A stretch of DNA of 64,000 nt from Amoebophrya sp. A120 (lineage: Eukaryota; Protista; Dinoflagellata). Shown here in pieces: positions 47,701-56,700 of the stretch. The translations under genes and the position numbers were made by a program. The notes beneath the pieces were generated by a model, which searched no databases, was not told the origin of the DNA, and worked only from the letters and a program-made list of their open reading frames with translations. The DNA lies in contig CAJINV010000010.1 of assembly GCA_905178155.1 (NCBI GenBank), positions 3,740,587-3,804,586 of the forward strand, read 5' to 3'. Numbering within the stretch: position 1 is the stretch's first letter; each line of letters begins with the position of its first letter.

Positions 47701-50700
47701 CCGGAGGAGGTGATGGCACGTAACGCTGCGGAGCTGAAATTCGACCGCAAGGTTATGCGCAACACGTGCAACCGCAGCCGGTTGTACAGCACCGGCTTCG
47801 AAAACATCAACGACCAGTCGACTGTGCTGCCGCGTGAAAAAATCGCCACCCCTGCTTGCATGCAAGAGACCGATCGCGGAAAGATTGAAGCCCACACAAT
47901 TGATGCTTTCGCTACTCTTGCGTGGCAGACTGCCTTCGGGCAGGACTGGGAAAAAGTAATCGCGATTATCACGACCGATCTTGATGGAAATGCGTTGCGC
48001 GTGGTGCTCCAGACCGAATCCGATATCACGCTGGAGGCCGCGATCGCGCCTGTCAGCGGTGCAAACAACAGACCGCGCGACACAGTCACAGCCTGGATTT
48101 TTTCGGACGAGAAAACCGCCGAGAAGTGCCTCCATCTACACCGAAAAGTGTGGCACGAAAGCGACGTCGTTGATGCGGACGCCCGGATCAACGCGCAAGC
48201 CAAGCTCTGCGGTTTTGCGTTTAGCATTGCAAAATTGCAACCTGCATCTCTGGCCGTCAAGTGGCTAGGAGAAATCGTGCATCCGGACGGCGGAACCGGG
48301 ATCAATGAAGAGCAGATAGAAAAGCTTCGCGAACTTGCAAAAGAAGCTTCGAAGGACGCTATCACGGCAGTAGTACACATTTCGAGCTGGGAGGGGGTAA
48401 GAAATTACATCCATAACCACGCCGAAACAGTGCTGCCGCTCCGCCCGTATCTGCTCCCAAAAAACAATCCCAAGCACAAGCCCATAGCCCTCTTCAAAAC
48501 CGACGTCGCGGCGCAGGAGGCACTAGTCATGGTCGCGGAAAAGGCAGGCCCGCAGCTACGAAAATATCCAATCGACTGGCAAGCAGTCCTCTACTTCGTC
48601 GGGTTCGGCGATGCGTCAAAAATCAAGTGGAGCGTGAGCCTGTGGGGCTCGTACGAGGAAGAACCAAAAACGCGGCTCCACGACAACGCGGAACAGATGT
48701 GGCGCACAGAGCTAAACTGGCCAGCCAAAACCAGGGAGCTCCGCTGCATGAAGAATTTCTTCAAATACCTGTACCCGCTGACAGAGGGCGTAAGCCTCGT
48801 CTACTGTCACGACCACCTGTCAAACAGTCCAGAACAACTCCTCTCCTCGCTTGACGGCGTAAACGTCGACGAAGTAGTAAAACGCGACATCCACTTCCTC
48901 AAGCCGTTTCTTGCTACGACGTGGCTCCTCCACCTGGGTGGAACCGCTCTCCGCTTTCCGGATGGCAGAAGCCGCCTCTACGATCTCGAAGACTTCAACC
49001 TGCAGAAGATCGTCCCGAAAGAAGCGTGCGACAGCGCAGAAGTGGCGTTGTTTTGGCTTTTGAATCCAACCGCACGGGAAGATCCAGAATGGAAAGCAAA
49101 GTTCATTAAAATGGGGAAGGAGCTAGCAGAAATGGAGGACGACGACCAAGCTTTCGAGGACGAGGCCGAGATGGGTAGAAAAATCTCGGCTGTGCGAAAA
49201 CTCGGCGCGCCGCAATGCGAGGACGCAGGGCTGCAAACCGCGCTCCTGTGTGTGGACCCCGAAGGACCAGATGCGCATGTCGCTGCAAACGGCATGGTCC
49301 GCAGCTTGTGCTGGGCAAACACCACCCACGCCTGTGTGCGGGCGGCGAAGAACGAGAAGAAACAAAAAGCCAGTAGCAGTTCTAGCAGCGTCAGTGCCCA
49401 GAAGCTGAAGGAGGAGGAAAGCAAAATCAAGCCCACCTACGGCGGACGAGGCAGGGTGGACTGGGAAGAAATTTTTGATGAGCCGACAGCAGTGATTCGC
49501 CCAAAGCGCCTCTACACCAAGCGCGACGCGCAGGTCAAGTCAGGGCACGAGTATTTCAACTATGTGCTTGATGTGGAAGTCACGCAGGGAGGAAAGACAG
49601 AGAAAGTCACGCGCTGGCTCGGCCGGAATAAATGCAAGAAGCTCGACAAAGATCTATCCGACGAGCAGGCTACAAAAATGGCTTACGAGGAAGCGCTTGC
49701 GTTTTTGCGGAAAGCCGTTGGCCTGCGGTGGGCAGAGGAGCAGAAGCAGCTCGAACACGGATACCACGGGGACGTAAGCCATAACTTCATCATCCTCGAT
49801 CCGATTGCAAGCGAAACGAGCAACCCGGTCCCGCAATTCGCAAACGACTTCACCTGCCGCAATGTGATGTTCAAAGACCAAAACTACTGTGACAACTACC
49901 TGATTCTGCGCGAAGCAGTCAACTGCACTTACGCACGCTGCAGGGGTCGTGGCAGCGTCGTGCTGCGCAAGCCGTCAGAAAGCGACGATCTTACGCCGCT
50001 GCACGATGTTGGCGTCCCTGTGGAAAGCGAGGTGAAGTGGACAACAGCGAGTAACGAGCTCCATGAAAAAGTTGCTCTTCCTCTTCTGCAGCGCTGGTTT
50101 GGTAAACAAGCCGCAGACGGCAGTGACATTCCCTCCGGAGACTCCAAGCCCGACGGGGAGGAAGCCGCGCCGCCGCTGCCACAGGAAAATCTGACTCCGC
50201 GCGAGGAGGTAGTGCAAGCCAGTCCCGCTGCTGTGCAACAGCAGGCTGCCGCGAACGAGCCGGCGCAGCCTAGGCCGCATGAAGAACCCGCAGCACAGCA
50301 ACCCGACGCCGGGGCACAGGTCGAAAACCTTGCGCAGGACGAGCAGGAAGAAAGTGATACTCCGGCAGATCAAATTTACAAGCACAATTACCGCGGCCAC
50401 CGAGTCCCAGACGAATTCGTGTTCAAAACAGCAACCGAGGGGCAGAAATACTCCGACCCGTTCCCGCCGATAAAGGCAAAAAACACCTTCTTTGTTGCAG
50501 GGATAAACGCCGGCTCGGAGGACCTGCACTTCGGCGGCGCAGGCTTGAGCAAACGCTTCCGAGAGGTCCTCGGGGATAAGAAAACCAGCACTCTCTGGGA
50601 TGTCGCGGCGCAGAAGAAGTTCCGCATCGAGCTCGAGAAAAAGCTGCTCGCGCAACCAGGTGAGGTGCTCTCCTGCGACGACAAGGAATTCCTCGAAAAA

Positions 50701-53700
50701 TACGGCAAGCGGTTTGCGGTCGGGATAGCAACAGGAGGAAAATCGCGTACAGCAACAGTTTTCCTCTCAGCAGAAAAATCAGACCGGTTCCGCGTCATGG
50801 TCTACGCCGTTGGCCCACGCGGAGAAATTTGCTCGAAGGAAAGCTTCTTAGCGGGGATACGGCTTACGACAAAACATATTGTGAACGTGATCCACCACTA
50901 CAACGACTACGCGCAGCGGAAAATCAAAACAGTACGGGCGCCACTTTTGTCGGGCGGGCTCTACCGCAAACCGCGAACCAGCCCGGCGAAAGTTGCAGAC
51001 GCAATTCTGGAAACCTTCCTTGAAGAGTACAGCAAAATCGAGAAGAAAAACCGCTTCGCCGTCGAGTTCGCCATCGCAGAAAATGCGTTCTCCGAGGCCT
51101 ACCGAGAAAGCCGGGAAATCGTCGTCAGCAAGAAGGCCAAGTCTGTGTGTTCCCTCGGCGCAGGTGCAGTCCGTGCGACAAGCAAAAAGAAGAAAAAACC
51201 GCTGCTAGAGAGCTTTGACCTCGACTTCGGTGACGAAATCGACCTCAGCTTCTTCCCCGTCGAAAGCAACCTGCAGCAGGGCGAGGAAGTAGAAGCCGGC
51301 GGCCATACGCTACAAGACTCACTTGAGCCGCTCATCTACGAAGCGGTCGACACCGAGCAGGAAAGAATACTACGAGCGCTGCCCGAGATGCTAAATGCCG
51401 GTCGGTTGTTCTCTGTGCCAGCTGCGCAAGGAAACGAGCCCACCATCGTCGGGTACGTGCAAACGGGAATTTGCCTGGTGGTTAGCAAATCGCACACAAA
51501 AGTCACCAGCATCTTCAGCCTCACGCAAACCAACAGCACCGTCACAGTGCCGGCACGCTTCGCGCACAAAGCAGTACTAGTACTCGCCAAAGAGCTCGAA
51601 GATGGAGACCCGACGAACGCATCCACGGCGCGAAACATCGAGGCGTCGTGCTTTTTAAACGGGCTTTTCCGCAATAGCGTCGCGCAGCACCAGAAAAACT
51701 GCAAGCAGTTTGGCTTTATGTGCCAGCACCTCTCGGGAAACGATGAGGAGCTGACGGCGGCGCAAAAGCGGCAAACGGCGGTCTTGAAGAGCTTCGCCAT
51801 TTGTGCGGGGGTCATGCTGTACAAGGGAAAAATCTATATTCCGCGGGTAGAGCTCGAGATCGACAGTAAATTCTTCAACAACAAAACGCGCATGAGAATC
51901 TACGTCGTTGTGCGCGTCCACAGGAGGTGGGCGCTGCGCAGTAAAATCAGAAGAACCAAGCAAATGGTGAAGGAGTACTTCAACTGGCCGGGGCTGCAGG
52001 AAACCGTCGAACTGGTAGTAAAAACCTGCGTGCAGTGCCGACTGAAACATGCCGCAGAAGAACCCATTGCTGCGTACACGCCGAATCGCCAGCCAAAAAG
52101 GCTGTTCCAAAGCTTTGTCTTCGACCACGTGACGGACTTACCAGAAAGCGAAGACGGGTACAAAAACATCCTCCGCGTCCGGGAAAAACTAGTCGACCTT
52201 GGCTGGCTGATTCCAACAAAAACCAGGGAACCGCAGGAAGCTTGGGATGAGATGTGGAAGTTCGTCTGGGCGCAAGTAGGCTGCCCGGACGACACTGCCG
52301 CGGACAACGCGTTCAATTCACTTGTCGCGTCCTTTGCAGACATGGGCACACTGCACAACCACGGTAGAGCAAACGAGCCACGCGACCAGAACCAGGTGGA
52401 GCGACCGAATAAGGAAGAGAGAGACCGCCTGTTCAAAGTGTGCTCGCGCTTCCCCAAGACGTGGCCAAGAATTCTTCCTCTGCTGCAGCTGATCGACAGA
52501 AACGCGCCCCGACGCAAACTGAACGGGCGCTCCCCTGCAGAAGCCTCCTGTGGACAGAGACTCTGCCTCCCCAGCGCGCAGATCTTCTCCGCCCTCCACC
52601 AAGGGCGCGCAAACCGCGACGAAGTGATGGAGTCGTTGCGGGAGTTCCGAGATGGGATTGTGGAAAATGCAGAGAAGCACAGCATTGACAGCGCGCTTTC
52701 AACACTAAACCGCCGGGGCACGCTAGCGAAAACGGAGATCTGCGCGGGAGACTTGGTAATTAAAAGAAGTGACGCGACAAGCAAACCGACGCTGCAGTAT
52801 GGCCCAGACCCCGAAAAGGCAAAGGTCTGGATTGTAGATGAAGTTGTCGGCGAAACAACACTCAAGCTAACGGCGGCGGCCTCAATCCCGGTAGTAATCG
52901 ACGGCGAGGAAGTTGTGATCAACAGCAGCAACGACAAGCTACCAGAGGAAGAGCGGCTGCAAACAGCGACAGGCTCAGCAAGGCAATTTATCAAGCTGTG
53001 GCTGGACGAGTGCATCAAAATCTTTAGCAATCCGAAAAAAGTCGGCGACCAAGAGGTCTTCGGCGTAAATGTATTGAGCGGGAAGTTTATCACTCGGGAG
53101 GAGACGGACATCGAGCAACTCGGTAAGACCAGGCACAAGATCGCCAAGAAGTACACGTACCTCGAGAAATGCTTGCCCCTGAAGGCGGGCTTCATCTAAA
53201 CTAGCGCGGTCCTCTTCTTCTGGCAACTACAGACGAAAATTTTCTTTTTCGTTTTCTTTTGTGTTTTGTATTTCAATAATAAATAGCGGGCACTTATACG
53301 ATTCTGCACGGAAGTACCATCATGAACGTAAATTTTTTTTCGTTGTTCTCTCTACGTATTTTGTTGTAAATACATAGAGCACCAAACACCATGGTCTCAG
53401 TGTATAAAAGCCAACTTCTCTTCCGAAGCAAAAACTCCGCAAGCGAAGCAGGCTGCGTTATCGTTTGCGTCAATGAAGAAATGCCCTCGAATAGAAATTG
53501 TGGCGCGAAAAGCCTTGCCCACCTGTGCGATGTTGAACACAAAATCTCAACCAGATCCAGTAGCACGCAAGCTGCCTCCTTTCTTGCACCAAACAAAATC
53601 ATGCAAACAGAAATAACGATGCTACGCGTTCGTAAATTGCACACAAAGTGTAGAGCTCTCCCGCAAACACGCAATTATCATAGATGCTACGCGTTCGCAA

Positions 53701-56700
53701 ATTGTACCGAAAAACTGTAGAGCTCCCCGGCAAATGCAAATACAATGATGCTACGTGGTCGTAAATTGTAAATTGCACGTCAATCCCGCTGCGGCAAAAA
53801 TGCCATGCAGCCGCGAGCACGAAGTAAATAGGGTCCTGCCATGCAATTTATGTAAAAAAAATCAAGCAAGTATGTAGCTCTCAAACGAAGCTCTCCTTTC
53901 AGAAATCAAAAATCTGGGTCCTTGCAACAAAGCGCCGTCGCGATGCCGCCCAGGCTAAAAATGCCTGCGGTGGCCGCAACACAGCTTGCAAAGATACTCC
54001 ATGCAAACTGCCAATCACTCAAATTTTCCACACAGGGACTATAAAACTAACACTGCTATTTTTATTAATAAATCGTCTCTCGCGCCTCCAAGTCCAACGC
54101 CGCAAAATGGGTGACTCGCAGCAGCCGACCATCAAGGACAAGAGCAAGGGAAAGACCGGCCCCACGGACCAGGACAAGTCCAAGAAGAAGAAGAAGAAGG
54201 CCCCGGGCACCGCGGCCTCGTCCAAACAGAACCCCAACGAATCGGACAGCGAGAAATCGTCGGACATGGACCTGGCGGGTGGCATCAAGGGCGAGTCCCT
54301 CTTGATCAACGAGAAAGACAAGGCCCTGTTTGAAAAGGAGAAGGACAAATCGCTGCTGAAAACGGAGGAGCAGGAATCGTCCCAGGCGAATGCGGAAGAC
54401 GCTGATGGAGAATGGGATGAAAGCGAATGGCGCCTGCAATGCGATCAGTGGAGGTCAAACGGTCATGAGCAAGCAGCGAGAATTTTACCACAAAACTCGC
54501 TGGAGTAAAAGAATTTATTTTTTAAAAAAATTCTATAGAACCGAAAAACAGATGACTCAAGCCGAAGAAAGCGAAACTTTAACGGGTCTCGGAAAAATTA
54601 AAAATCTGATCGGAACTCCGTGAAGACAGATTTATTAATGAAGAGTAAGGCTGTTTTTTTTTGTTTAGTAAATGTGAAAGTAAATGCTCAGCCGCTCCTT
54701 CGGGAAGCACCTGGGCACGAAATCGCACTTGTAGAAACTACGTCTATTTGTCGAAGTCTATTGCGAAACTCCACCATTTCAAAATAGGAGTAAGCAGACT
54801 GCTTGTCATGTCCCTCTACCAGAACACTAAATCGGTCGCATATCCGCACAAGACGACTAGATAATGAAAAAGTAAAACCTTTACAACTTCATACGCTATA
54901 CGCTCTTTGTGATATGAAAAAAGCAGAGCGTTAGTGTAAAAATAAAAAAATAAAACCATAAAAAAGTAAAAAACAGATGAGGAAACCCATAAAAAGATAC
55001 CGCTTCTACACAGGCACCCCAGTGCAGCTTTTACTTCTGCAAGAAGTCAGGCGTTACTACGAATCGGTCCGTGCTTGTGTTTCGTCTTTTTTTACTGAAA
55101 ACAACAGCAAATAGCAATAGTCACCCCTTCTTCTTGCCACATGGTGCTTATGCATGAAACCATGCGCCGCCTGTGGTTGTCATTGGGGCAGAGAAAAACC
55201 GGAAGCGTAGCTACTGAACCACCCCACAGTAGTGCTACAGAGAAAAGTAAATATCTTAGCGTCACTACGTCTTCCAACAGAATAAAACTTAACACCTGTA
55301 TTTGAAAGCGGGGCGATTGCAAAGCCGCGCGATCCGTGGAATCATACAGGCATAAAAAGCGCGTAGCTGGCGTTCGGCAGCAGGCAAAGCACACCTGCAG
55401 CCAGCCTTCAGCAATGCAATAGCAAAACCATAGTACAAAGCTAGTCAGCTGAGGGCACAAAGAAAGATAGCGGTTGAAAGCGGTCATATCAAACTTGCAT
55501 CATTGCAGCATTGTCGTGTTTCTTAACTCTCGCGCTCCACCAATTTTTCGAACAGCGACGACTCTGCACACAAACGCTTTTTTTCTGCTTTATCTGTTGT
55601 ACAATAGGCGACTCACAAAATGTCAGACACTATCACGAAGTATGTGGATTTGTATAGCGACAAGAACGACAACAAAAATTTCGACTACTACCGTGAAAGC
55701 ACCATCCAAAGTCTCTTACCTTACTCACTAGAAGAGCGCGCAAGCTACCGTAAGCAAATAGTAGAACAGAGCGAGGAGATCTCCAAGCTGCGCCTCGAAA
55801 AGGAGTATTTGAAAAAACAGAGCGGCGAGGTGTGCGCCGCGAGCCAGGAACTCGGCAAGCTGCTCGATCCTCCTAGTTTTAATTCTGGCATGCTACCGCC
55901 AACGGCGGTGATAGGTAACTTAGAACGCGAGCTGCACTATGCAAAACAGCTGCTCACGAAGATGGGCCGCGCGCGCTACTTCAACGAGCACGAAAACCTT
56001 GTGTACAAGGTGGAGAAATTTGTAGACGGGAAATTCACGCACCGAAGCCACTTCGGCACGCCGCCCTTGCAAACCACTTTCAACACCTTCGGTAAACCAC
56101 ACTAAGCTACAAGTGCGATGCTAAGTTTCTTCTTAGAAAGACAAGTGACTCTGTTACAACACGAAATACGCAAAATACTAATACTACGTAGCTTTCTTTT
56201 TCTTTTCCAAAACAGCACTCCGGTTCCGCCGCAGCGAACTATGGGGGCGAGCCGACGAGTGCGGACTTATCCTCCCACAACTAAACCACGACTAGCAGAG
56301 AAGAAAACTAGGAACCGCTGCAACCTCGCGAGCCGCAAAGTGCAGTACTCCGACACGTGCTGGGTGCTGGGCAATTTGATCGAAAGCGCCAGTGTCGGAA
56401 CCGATTGGACTTCAAGTGACGAATTGTGCTACGCGCTCGAGGAAATCGCACTTCGCGAGAAGCGGAGCGCGTCAACAATTTTCCGAGCGACACGCAGGGG
56501 CCCGGACACAGAAATTTCAACGTCGCTTCGGCAATTTTCAAATCCGATCCGTGGTGCATTGCAAAGACCAAAAACTACTGAGTGGCAGTTGTTACAATCA
56601 GCGACGGATTTGAAAATTATCTTGAAGCTTTCTCGTGAGCCGGTCCTACTGCAAATAGCACGCGCAGGACCGAACCCGGCGCCACTAAAACAAGTCTACT

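Noticed and set aside
51900-53195. 431-aa minus-strand ORF and other antisense ORFs over gag/pol
   Set aside because: Antisense shadows of the integrase and gag coding strands.
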